Shown: positions 1 to 13,000 of the stretch, piece after piece
Layout of the letters: every line of letters starts with the position of its first letter
How positions within the stretch are numbered: the stretch's first letter is position 1
NCBI GenBank assembly: GCA_028023455.1
Contig: JAQFVV010000004.1
Span: 17,546,001 to 17,610,000 of the forward strand
DNA: 64,000 nucleotides
Source: Epiperipatus broadwayi
Lineage: Eukaryota; Animalia; Onychophora
Direction: 5' to 3'
The notes under the pieces: generated by a model
Database searches by the model: none
What the model saw: only the letters and a program-made list of their open reading frames with translations
What the model was told of the DNA's origin: nothing
Program-made: the position numbers and the translations under genes

Positions 1-740
1 TTATGCTGAGCCAGTCTATTGCCCACTGTGGCCTGAGTTTCCCCATAATAAACTGAATCACAACCTGTCTGCAGTCACACAATTCTATAAACTACATGGG
101 GGGTTTCTTCGATATTTCTTTTGTCTTTAGTATTGTTGATCAGCCTATTGGTGTTTGGAGGGGTTCTGAATCCGAGTTTGAATTCCTTCTGTAATATTTT
201 ACTGAAGTTTTTTGCCACTACAGGTATGTAGGGTATAGTCAGATGTTGTCTTTCTTCTTTTGTGTTCTCTTGCAGTCTTTTATAAAAGCTTTCAATCCTG
301 TTGGTTATTGTTCTATAATCAAAACCCACGCTTATTAAGTCCCTGATGTAGCTGGTGATGTTGTTTTTCTTGTCTGACTCTAATTTACATAGGTGGTGAT
401 TGTGAAATAAGAAGGCAGACAGCCCTGTGAGTTTGTGTGATTTAGAGGATTTTGAGAGAGGATGGAGACAACCTCTAACTTGTAAGGGTTTGATTATCAT
501 AGAATAATTAAATGCCACATTCTCTCTATTGATTTTCAAATCAAGATACCTGACCATGTTTTGCTCATCTTCATATGTACAATTAAACATAAGGTTAGAA
601 AGAATGTGGAGTTCATGTAAAATCTCTTTAGTTGAGTTTTCCGGTGCTGCCATGAATATATCGTCCAAATATCTACTATAAATTATGTTTGGTGCTGCTC
701 TCTGGAACTTTGGAAGCACCTGTTGTTCAAAATGATCCAG
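1..740 (-). mobile_element. Penelope-like element, 5'-truncated: RT C-terminus/thumb and start of GIY-YIG endonuclease
   Basis: ORF 75..755 has YSRYLDDIF, RYLDLKI and LTIPYIP. It continues through a disruption into VVYRI...SYYGETQATVGNRLAQH (GIY-YIG-like). Confidence 0.85.
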
Positions 741-855
741 CACGATGCTGGACACAATCCCATTCAGTTTTATTATAGGAAGAGTGTATTAAATTTTTTA
801 TATATTTATACATGCACATATATATATATATATAATGGTAAAACATTAACCATAC

Positions 856-1049
856 CCTTTGTTTTACTTTAGGATTGCGTTTTAAAGCTGGCTGAGAAGG
901 AGGTGGATGATGATGCTCCATTGCTTGAAAATCATCAACATGCATAGATGGTGGTCGACTGGTATTTGGTGGGCGGGAGCGAAATGGATCATTAGATCTG
1001 TTGGAATGAGAGACAGTGTGGCTAAATCCCCTACCTCTCATATTAACAG
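856..1049 (-). CDS. VIRMA: VIRMA exon (194 nt) VNMRGRGFSH...DPFRSRPPNTSRPPSMHVDDFQAME...KVKQR
   Basis: tttttgtag|CT GTT...AGG|gtatgg; contains the strongly conserved NTSRPPSMHVDDF motif. Confidence 0.96.
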
Positions 1050-4000
1050 CTACAAAAAAAAAAAAAGCATTATTATAAATATTGCTTAATACTAAAAATG
1101 TTAATAATTATGAATAAATAAATATCTACTTCAATATTTTAGAGATCAATAATATAATTTTATAATAAGGTCAAAGAATGCTCATTAGTAAGATAGATAG
1201 ATGGTTTCCATCATCATATTATTTATGAACCTAAAAACTTAAACAGATTACAAAACAAAAAAAATGCCATTTACATAATCATTAAAAATTAATATCAACT
1301 TTCCACGCTATCACACACATGTTGAAAAGATAAATAATGACCAATATACATATATCATGCTAAACCAGCACTTGTATTATCATCTCCACATATTTATACA
1401 ATCAATGCTCAGCTTATATTAAGATAGCCAATCTTCATACTTTAATGGACAGGCTTCAATCCATTCCACCCCACAACTCTTCAGCCATCCATTTCATTGA
1501 AAATCTGATGATGGAATGCTCAAAGCCTTCATTGGTGCCAACTTTCTCATCCTATTCATGTTGACTGTAAGTCACTCTGACCCCTCATGCACAGGACATA
1601 ATCCATTTACATAAATGAGGGATGGCCCCTCCTACTCATGTTGACCACAAGTCACTCTGACCCCTCATGTACAGGACATAATCAATTTACATAAATGATG
1701 GATGGCCCCATCCCTCATTTATGTAAATGGATTATGTCCTGTACATGAGGGGTCAGAGTGACTTATGGTCAACATGAGTAGGATGAGAAAGTTGGCACCA
1801 ATGAAGGCTTTGAGCATTCCATCATTGGATTTTCAATGAAATGGATGGCTGAAAAGTTGTGGGGTGGAGTGGATTGAAGCCTATCCATTAAAGTATGAAG
1901 ATTGGCTATCTTAATATAAGCTGAGCATTGATTATATAAATGTGTGATGATAATCTGGACCAACTGACAAGTGCTGGTTTAGCATATTGGTGATTATTTA
2001 TCTTTTCAACATGTGTTTCAGCAGTATAAGATAGCATGGATAGTTGAGGGTCGCAAACCCCTATATATTACATATTGGAGTGCAGGCATGAAAAAGCCTG
2101 TACTGTAGGAAAAATTTATATATTAAAATATATACAAATAGATTCCCTTTTTTTTTATTGTTGCATTTAACTGGTGCTTTAACTTGGCCTAATACTTTGG
2201 GCGCATGACCATTTAAGTCTCTTGCTCAATTGTTTGTTTACTCTAAAACAATCTCCGCATTAGCTGATGACAAAAAATTCCAATATGTGAGAGACATTAT
2301 GGAAATTGCAGATCCTCTATCTATTTCCATTTCGATTTCCTTCCTACAAATTATTAGTTTAATCATAAACTGGTGTATACTTTTTACATGCAGATTTTTA
2401 ATCATGTGGGTTGCCGTCCGCAAAAAAAATCCAATCGGGCCCCGCACTTATTGGATCCGGTTCTGGCTGTCAGCTTGCCTCGCCTATTGTGAGGCATGGG
2501 TATTGTATTTTTTATTTTTCCCTTATCTTCTTGTCTACACACCTGTGCCAAATGTCATTTTTTACCACATTTGAAACACGATTCTTTGTTCCATTTGCAC
2601 TCTTTTGAAATGTGACCTGTTTTTCCACAATAAAAACAGGTTATTTTAGCATTACTACTAATATTCGCTTTTCTTTGGCTACAGTTCTCCCTCATTGTTT
2701 TGAATACAGCCATTTTTGAGTTCTCCTCTGATTTTGATTTAAAAGACTGGGCTTGCTTCAATATTAGCCCATAAACCATACTCTTTTTAATGGCCATTTC
2801 ATAAGTTAGCTAGCAGTTATTGATTTCCTCAATAAATTCACTATAGTTCTTTCAGAGCCAGTTTGTAATCTTTTATTTTTTTGCCACTAGATTACTTTTT
2901 TATTACGCAAAGTTAATCTCGCTATGTGATGGGAGGGCTGAGGGCTAAAATGATCATTTAATTTCTTGGTCACCTCCTCGTACTTAATCTTCTCGGGTAA
3001 GGGCAGTTCAAAATTTTTATTAATAACTTCAATTATCTTTCCCCTGTGAAACACATAAATGCCACAATTTTACTCTTATTATCATCTATCCTGTTCAAAG
3101 TAAAAAAATTTTCAATCTGAATTATATAGAACGGCCATTCAAAGGAGAAAAAAAAAATCTAGGACTTCACCAATATAATAATAAGTTCTTATGTCAAAAC
3201 GGATTGTGATTCAGATCCAAAAGTCTCCAATTATATACTAAATAAGTTCACTATACCTTTCCCTGACCTTGAGCTCATACACTCGAAGAGCCCCTTAGGG
3301 CATTTATAAAATATATAAGATTAGTGTGATCTGTTTCAGTTCGAATCGGCTGCTTTACCTCCAAGTGCTGACAGTCCACTGATGATGGCCCTTGCTGCGG
3401 AGAAGTGCTGGGAATAGAAGTCCGCCCAGCAGTAACCTGGAGAACACTCTATGTGGAGATGTCCAAAGCACAGCAGCAGCAAGACTGCACAAGAGAAAAA
3501 AGATGCCGTGAGTTTCCTGCTTGCTCTTTTATATTCCCATAGTTCATAGTCACGTCCGCATCTCTTCTTTTCTGGAGTATCGTTTTTATACGTAATTTTT
3601 TGGGTGTGGAATTCGGATTTAATTTGATCAATTATAAGATTACAAAGCACATCCTTTTATTTGTTTAATTTTATTAAACACAATAATTACTCTAATTTGT
3701 TACCACTTTCAATATTACAATTTGTATTAGCCGCATTCCTTTCCTTTTTGGGATATCAGCTATCTTTTAACTAAAAGTTTGAACATTTATCTATACTAAA
3801 TTTTAGACTGTATTATTCATTTAAATATCACGCTTTGTTTCACTTTACATATATTTTACTCTAATTTTTATCCACTAAATAAACTCTCTCTATATATAAT
3901 AAAGTGCAAGCAACAGGATGGGTGAGAAAGGTAGTATGATATGCACAAGATTTGGATAAAGAATTTATGTCAGTATACCTATACAAAAGGTGGGATGAGG

Positions 4001-7000
4001 GTGTTAGGAGAATTGTTGAGTGTTATAGTGATAAGGAATGGGATAAAAGAATAGATGCATTAATAAAGAATAGGGAGTTGGAGAGATGGAGAACTAGTAT
4101 GGAGAGTAAAAAACAATATTGGGTGCGAGTTAATTTACGATAATAACAAGGAAAGTAGTTTACTGTTTAAGTCTCAAACAGGATCTTTAGCAACAAAGGA
4201 ATATACACATAAATGGAAAAATGTGGGTGATTTAGTCTGCAAGTTATGTAAGAAAGACATAGAAAATATTAGGCATCTGTTAATTGAATGTAAATGTCTG
4301 CAAGCAGAAAAGGTACATATAATGAAGTTGTGGAAGAATAAATATAAACAAGGTGATTATACAGAAAGCGGGTATTGGTTTTTATGCTGGGTTTAGGAAA
4401 AGATAAGGGGGATTTAAATATAAATGCTACAGAATTGACAAAGATTATGCTGTGGAAATGTGATGGAGCAGGACAGAAAAGAATTTGGGAAAACCTATGG
4501 TGGGAAATGGAAAGGTAAAGTGGCTAACATGTGTCTCTGGACATAGTGGCTGAGAGATTCCTGACTCCGTAAGAAGATCACAATACATCACATCACATAA
4601 ACATTTGGATAAAGACTTTGTCAGTAAGGTGAGATGATTATGTTAGGAGAATTGTAATGTATTATAATAGCAAAGAATGTGATAGAACAATAGATATATT
4701 AATAAAAAATAGGAAGTTGGAGAGACGGAGAACTAGTATGGAGAGTAAAAAGACTCTAAATATATATAGAAGCAAACACAATATTGGGTGTGAGTTAATA
4801 TAGGATAATAGCAAGGAATATAGTTTACTATTTAAGGTTCGAACAGGATCTTTAGCAACCAAGGAATATACACATAAATGGAGAAATGTGGGTGATTTAG
4901 GCTGCAAATTATGTAAGGAAGGCATGGAAAATATTAGGCATCAGCTATTTGAATAAATGCCTACAAGCAGAAAGGGTACAAATAATGAAGTTTGTGAGAA
5001 ATAAATATAAATTAAGTGATTATACAGAAAGACCTTTATGCTGGGCTTGGAAAAAGATAAGGGGGATTTAGATATAAAGGTCATGGAGTGAAACAAAGAT
5101 GATGATGTGGAAATAGGATATAGCAGGATAGAGAAGAATATGGGGAAAATTTAGGGTGGGGAATGGAAAGGGAAAGTAAGATGGCTAACAGGTGTTTCTG
5201 GGCATATTGGTTAAGAGATTCCTGACTTCAATAGAATAGCCATATCACATCACATCACACATCAGCATACACTTACATTATTGTGAAATTTTTCTAATAA
5301 AATTCATTTCTAAGCTTGGATTTGGAATAAAAAATATGATAAAATGATTTGGTAAAATTAATAATTAAAACTTTTATTTTTAATTTATTTTTAAAACTTG
5401 GTCAAAATTGAGCTTTGAATATCTGGTAATGTGGAATAATGTCAAATGAAACAAGAACACCTATATTTGTAGTAATTTTAATGTCTTTCAAGATTAAATA
5501 TAGACATTTTTAACAATTATCAATTTAAAGTCAAATTAATATATATGTATATGCGTGGGTGAATAGTTGTGTAGAGAGAGATTTAATATTCTTATTAATA
5601 ACAGTTTTAGTTTATAAATTATACTCACCACATATAGTGTACATATGTGTTTATAAATATTTACATTCACACTATTCATTTAATTAAATTACAATTGTAT
5701 ATATACATAAAGATTTGTTTCTAATAAAAAAGTTAATTAAGAATAATTAAATTTAATTCAAAATAATTAAGCTATTAAGTTCTTTTGTAGTACACAGAAA
5801 ATAGAAATGAAAAATAACTTAATAATATAGTTTGATGAAAGATATTAATCTAATAAGCAAATAATTATCTTAAAGTCATATGTAAAAATAAACATTAACA
5901 AAGACAAGGCATATATAGAATTGTGTTTTAAAAATAAAGGAGTTTTCAGGATCAATCACCTGAATTATTTAAAAAAAAAAAAATCCAAGAAATAAGACAG
6001 AAGATGGAGTGAGAGCTAGTACAGCAAAAAAAAAAAATTATTCCCAGAGACATCCAACTCTGAAATGGAGTCTAGAGTCTGAATCCATCACCTACATATT
6101 AATTATTTTTATATAATCCTTAGGACAAAATTTGCTATATATGTGTATGTATATATATATAATACCAGTCCATACTCCCTGTGGAATTCTTTTCCTAATC
6201 TTGCACTGAGCATGAAGTGAGCAAGATTCAACAGGTAAAGAAATGGATATCAATCTAGCCGATTGTCTGTACTCATGTATATTGGTATTTCCAGCTAAAT
6301 TGATAGAAAGAGTGGATTGACAGGACTCTTCCAGTTAAAAACACCCTTTAGTTGATATCTTATTTGAATGCCTGAATATTTAGAACAATGGCAAGTACAC
6401 ACCTTTGAAAAATCTATTTACAAAATAGACTTTTGCGCGCCACTTCTAGAAAAGAATCAAAAAATGAATTTTTCACCCTCCTAGAAGGATGTGCAATACC
6501 ATATGTTCAACGGAGCATAAGAATAAGATTTAACACCCCGGTAGAGCGATATCCCTTTGTGGCTAGCTCAGGCACTCTACAATCTAGGGTCTTCAAATGG
6601 GTAAGTTAAATGATTATTACCGGTACGTGGTTGATAAGGAAAGAATACATTTTGATCAATATAAATAATAATATGAAAACGAAACAAGTTTAATATTATG
6701 ATAAAATATTTATTTAATCCCAAATACCCACCACCGTTTCATACTAATGATGATATAATAACAAAATACTAAATAATTAATTATCCCAAACCATATATAT
6801 TCGAGGCGTTGAAATAGATAAAATACAATTTTAAATAAGAAAAATAATAAATCACTAAAGCTATTTACAATGTTTATAAGTAATGGAAGTGGTCTGAGCT
6901 CTTTTTACCCAATAGAAATAAATTTTACTTTGTGTGATTTGATATACAGATATGAGATTTTCGGTCATACAGGCATATGCTTTTACTGATAACTTTAAAA

Positions 7001-10000
7001 CCTTTTTATTGATAGCAAATAAAAAAAAAGATAACTAGGCATATGTATATTTGCAATATGAGATATTTCACTAATTTCATACTTTTCAGCAAGTCAACAA
7101 GGTTGCATTGGCTCAGATACTATATCGTACTCACCATAAGGTACGGTATCTATTTTCCTCTCGCTATAGACAAATTCCTGTACATGTATATACGCGCATC
7201 ACAATTATACACTTACTATTACTTTAAATATAAAGTTATTAGAGTACTTGCTTACAGGGAATCTATAATAGATCAATCCCTTCTTGCACTCATCATAAGA
7301 TGCAGCAGTAACAAAAAAAAAATAACTTAAAAAGGATATACGGTTAAATACATTTTTTAGATATTCAGCATGAGATATCGTATTTACTGAATATTATAAG
7401 CGTATGTACGCATATACATACATGTATATCTATATATGACGAATTCCAGGAGTAACAACAAGAGGAAAATGAATAGCAACAACAAAAAAAAAAGAATCTC
7501 ATTGCAATCTTAGTTGAAAATACTAGAATTTGAAATAGAAAAATTGATTCAAAGGATTTAAGTAAAAGCTTTATCATTTATGCCCGTAATAACTGCAAAT
7601 TCATATACATATGCGAGAGATTCTCTCTCTTTTTTAAATGATTGATAATAATAACAAAAAAATAATATAGTTAATCAGAAATATCAAAGTTAATTATCTC
7701 AATATTAATAAATATCTTAAAATAAACTTATATCTGCGTCTTCATTCTTCTCCTCTGGGCTCTTGAGTGGGCTTCAAGTTAACTGGCTGTGTGGTGAGGA
7801 TTTCATCCATTTAGCAAGGCGGCGTTTGTCATCATCGTGGTCGGCTGGAATTGGCGTGGTCACATCTTGGTGGCTTGGGACAGAGAAAGGGCGGTGCACT
7901 GGCTGGTTGTCTACCCCACGGTCATTTTACTGGACTCTCTGGTAGATTGTTTCATATTTTCCTCTGTTTGTATATGAACATAAATTTTATTAAATGTTCA
8001 TTAAATCTTAAGAAATCATTAGTTCTTAAAAGAACTGTACAGTGGATTTCTTCTTAGAAATTATCTGCTGTAGTCTACTCCATAAATTAATCTCAAAAAA
8101 CTAGATGATTTACCAATTCTGGAGCCAAGGTAGTGAATGACTTGCCCAGAATGACTGCCAAAAAAAGAATGAATCCCACAGCACTATCAATCCCACTAAT
8201 AAGAACCAATTCAGATATCCCTCTGAGAAGAATATATCAGCCAATCCTTTTAATTTAGCTTATCACTTAGATTGCAAACATTCCTTTATATTTTTCCGAT
8301 TAAATTCTACATTTTAAGTTTGACATCCATCTTGAATAACCCAGACCACTTGCTTACAAAATCAATTCAAAATAATTTTTTTTAAAGAGATAACAGTTTA
8401 ATTATAGCATTATCAAATCTTTTGCTTTTGATCAGATTTTCGCAACAGCAATTAACATTACTTGCTTATGGAATAAAATTACAATCTTTAGAAAAGTAAT
8501 TAAAAAAAATATACAAGTATGTTGAAAAATAAAAAAAAAAAGCAAATTCGTATAATGACATATCATAAAAAATATACAAAAAGGAAAAACAAAAATAAAA
8601 AAATACATGAGTTTATTATACGTGTACAATATTTAAATTTGTGTGTGTGGGTATTTTACTGCTCAGTCCGGACCTCCATTATTAATCTAGCACATTTTTA
8701 TATTTGTTGTGCTTAATACAGACTTTGTGCAAGGCCATTTGATAATGCCTGGCACAATATATATATATATATAAGAATATTAATCATAGAACTAAATTAT
8801 TGTGTATTACCAGAGACTATATGAATAAATGGGAAAAGATTGTTAATAAATAGTTATTCATTAACTACTCATGCTGTTGTGTATGTTTGTATTTATCTAC
8901 ATGTTCAGACCGCATTGTTGAAATTAGACTGCAATAAATATTGTTGCACCATTAATGTAACACACACAAAAAAAAATACAATAAAGCATTGTGACATACT
9001 TGAAATCTGTCTATTAGATGTTATGCATTGAGAGTGTTCTTATATTAATAACTTCAAGTTAATAGATGTTATAATGTACACAGTAAAATTGCCTTTAAAA
9101 TCCAACTAAATAAAAAATTAATCGATTAATTTTTCAGATTTATATAAAAGAATTATTTTTAAAATTCCAAGCAAATATGTTTTTGTAGAATTGTATGATA
9201 AACTTTTTGGTTAACTTAAATCATTTTTTTTATTAAAAATTATTTTTTATTGAAAAATCAATAACTCAATAAATGTAAAATATCAGAATAAAGAAATTAA
9301 TAAATCTGTAATATTTTTTTTTTAGATGCATTATATTTGTTTATTTATGAGAATAATATTTCTGAAAAATTACCAATTTTAAAAAGATTATATATAAGTA
9401 GTTAAAACATATCAATTATTAACAATGGTATATAACAATTTCATACACAACTTCCACTTTATCTCATACCATACAAAACATTTTTTAGATTATGAACTTA
9501 ATATTTTACCTTTATTCCATTCAATTAATGACATAATTTGAGTATAATTAAAAACAAACCTAATATTTTTTATTGTTGGTTAATAATAATGGTTTTTAAT
9601 TAAAATCTGTTTAAAAAAATAATAATTTCAATTTAAACTTAAAAATACTAAATTAAAAAAACACTGACATTGAGGATTCCATGGTGTTCTTGCAGATGTG
9701 AAAGACCTTGGAAATGCTTTTTTACCAGCGCGATCCTTCTTATTTGGATTTATTAAAGGCTGGCAACGATCTTTCCATCTATTAAAAAATATATATATAA
9801 TGTACAAATAAAATATTTTTTGTGCACATAAATTATTACTTTTATTATTTTGCATTTTCATTTGTTCAATTACATTTCTTTCACATTGAACGTATAGTTT
9901 TAGGTAAAATATTTTAAAAAATATTCTTACCCTTTAGGTTTTTTCTTTGGTTTAACAATAGGAGCATCTTCTCTGTCAGATCTTATAGATCCTTTATTTA

Positions 10001-13000
10001 ATTCTCCTTTCAAATCATATTCAGGACAATACTTTTCATTCATACTTTCTAGATCTACAACAACCTAAAAATTAAAAAACAAACAAACATAACATTATAC
10101 ACCATTATATGCCAATAAAATAGACATTTGTTGCTTATTAAAGACTACTTTTAACTTACTTGGTCTAATTCAACATCAGAATCATCAGCTGCAGGATTGG
10201 ATAGCCAATACAAAGGACTCCAACGATCATCCTCAATATCACCAATTAAGAATGTTGCACGAGAATTAAATTGACTAGATAAAGATTCTGGTGCTGGTAA
10301 AATAGGTTCACTAAATTCCACTAAAACATTAAACAATTATATATATATAAAATTATATTCCATAAGAGTGTGTAGATATTTACTAATTATTACACTTTTA
10401 GCATTTAATCAGTGTTTAGCCAGAATTTTCAATGCAATGCAAATTTTTCAAAATGTACTGCATCAAAATCTGGCTAAGCAAGATTAAGTATTAATGATAT
10501 AATAGTTAATAGTCGCCCACACACTCTTGTGGAATATAATTTTACATTTCACTACAATTTAAGTTTTATTTGTTACTGTTGTATTTTGTAAAAATTGATT
10601 GCAAGTTTGGGCACTCCAGAAAAATTAATATTTATTCGAGAGGTTGTTTTCAGATCACGCACTGATAACTGAGGAATTTAATTAACGTAATGGCGGACGA
10701 TAATTCCAAGAAATATTTGCTGATTGCAAATATTTCTAATAAGAGACCTTACCTGTTGGACAACATAATTGATTGTTACAGTTACCAGAAAGCGATAAGA
10801 AAGACTGTATAACAACTAAGCAGAGCACTGTAAGCAGTGAGGAGTAGTAGACAGTATTTGAGCGCATCTACAGTAGAGTTACTGTTCAATTCCAGTAGGA
10901 AACATCTAGCATCAGTGCTTGTGGTTAATGTCCAGCGCCCAGTGGAAATGTAGTTTATGGGTATAGCGGAAGAAGACCACAGCCTGAGGAAACTGTCTGG
11001 ATAACAGCTGAATAAAGAGTTGAGTTTCCAGCGGTTTTCAAGTGAAGTAGACTGTTGCAGAGACGGAAGCTGTAAGGAACTTAAGATCAGTCACAGTGCT
11101 TACTACGAAGAGTTCGTGTACAGCTAAACTGGACTGGGGCGAAGGTATGCCCATTGTGAACCATTTTTATAGCAGCCAGCCTGAAAGAACATCGAGGGAA
11201 TTGAACTTTAGCGAACTGTAGAAATAGAGTCGTTGCAGAGCATAGCATTCGTTGCAAGGGAACATCATGGGAATTGAACTTTAGCGAACTGTAGAGATAG
11301 AGTTGTTGCAGACTATTCGCTATTCTGATTACTTAAAAACATTGTGTCTTAGTGTATATAATCATACATATGGATACATCAGTTACACATAGAAAATAAT
11401 TCATTGTAATTTTCAGGAAAACTGTAAAATATTGAAATAATAAAGATGTATTGATGTTTCAGAAAAATAACATTCATCTTCACCTGTGTAGAGATATTAC
11501 TCTGTGATCACTGCAAGATATATATATGGTTCTACATATGAATGATGATAAATAAAAGATTCATTAAATTAACAATTGTGGAAATAAAAAAGAATACACG
11601 AAATCCCAAAACAAAATAAAACAAATGAAAAGATCACATTTTGCCCAATCAAAATGAAAAATTAAAAGAAGAATGATAATCAAACTTGAAGAGAAAAGGA
11701 GACAAGAACTGTTTAGTTGGATTTAAATTTAGTTGTTTTTTTAATAATTTGGGTAAAAAGATTATTTCATACAGATGGTAATTTACCTCTTTTATTATTG
11801 GTTTCTTTAAAATCTCTACGGCTTCTCTAAATATCCTTTAATGATGGTTGTCACATTAGAATAGGATTTTAATTTTGGAATGTTATTTTGGTACATCTTT
11901 AGTATTTTAATATTTTATATAGATAATCGTAAAGTTACTATGAATTATCTTTGCCTCTGAAAAACTTCACTCAATGTATGTCTGTGTGTTTTATATAATA
12001 ATTAATACCTGTACTATAATTTATAGTAAACATATCTAGGTAAATATCAGCCCACTGAAATAAATGTATAATGGAAGAGAAAATGTTTGATTTTTTTAGT
12101 TAGATGTTTGCTTGTCATCTTACAGATATATATTTGCTTAGGAGTGCATTAAATATATGCATTTGTGATTACTAAAAATATATAAATATAAGATTGAAAA
12201 TAAGAAAAGTATTCTTTATTTATTAGTAGTACATATTTTTAAGATAGAATACTTCTCTTATTATTATTCACATCCTGTTTAGCATATATTCTAATATTCT
12301 CATAAATAAATGAAGAATTCATAGTATTATTTCTGGAGCTTCCTTGTAGTAAAAATATAATAGCTAAAAGCTGATGTTTCAGTGCAGTCACAAATACTTT
12401 CCTCCGAGCTTCTTCTTTTTTAAATCATAAGAAAATGTGTGGTGAAATTTTTACTACACAGAAACTCCTGGAAATAATTCTATAAATTCATATATATATA
12501 TATATATGATTGTGTATATATTATAAGATTGAAAAAAGATCTTTTATAACAGTTAACATGTTTTGTTTATACAAACTTATATCATTTATAAAATCTTTTA
12601 ATTCAGCAATTGTTTATCAATTCAATGAATTACTTATTATTTATTTTAAAAGGATATTTCATTGAAAAATAAAAATGCAATAATATTTTTTTTTTATCTG
12701 AAGAATGGCTGAAATATGATTATTATCTCTTAATATTGTTAAAAGGAAAACAAAATTATGATCTTTTGATTAATATTTAATTAGTTTTAATATCCTGTAT
12801 ATATAATATTCTACAATCACTCTATCCTAAAGCTATCTAAGTAAGCAGTAATAATCAAGAATACCAGATGATAGTGCAGACCAGAACTCCAAAGCAGTTT
12901 CTGGTTATTGACCTTCATCAGTGAAAAGCATAAATGAGCCTAGAGTTGAGTGATGTAATATGAATTACTGCCATCTATGCAGATTTTAAATGTAGACTGA

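Larger units (their letters stand above)
1295..2046. mobile_element. Palindromic (foldback) non-coding element, copy 1, with a hammerhead relic in each arm
   Basis: Arms ~1295-1625 and ~1710-2046 are near-identical reverse complements. The centre 1630-1709 is a tandem duplicate of ~1552-1628. Homologous to 62309-62877. Confidence 0.9.

Noticed and set aside
1769-1963. Similar short ORFs in the foldback arms (YNQCSAYI...LMDRLQS; also 62353..62535)
   Set aside because: The similarity follows from DNA homology of the repeat. The frames are broken in the other arms and show no known motif.
7763-8057. Plus-strand ORFs 7763..7945 and 7851..8057
   Set aside because: No recognisable motif or splice context; likely chance ORFs in a GC-rich patch.
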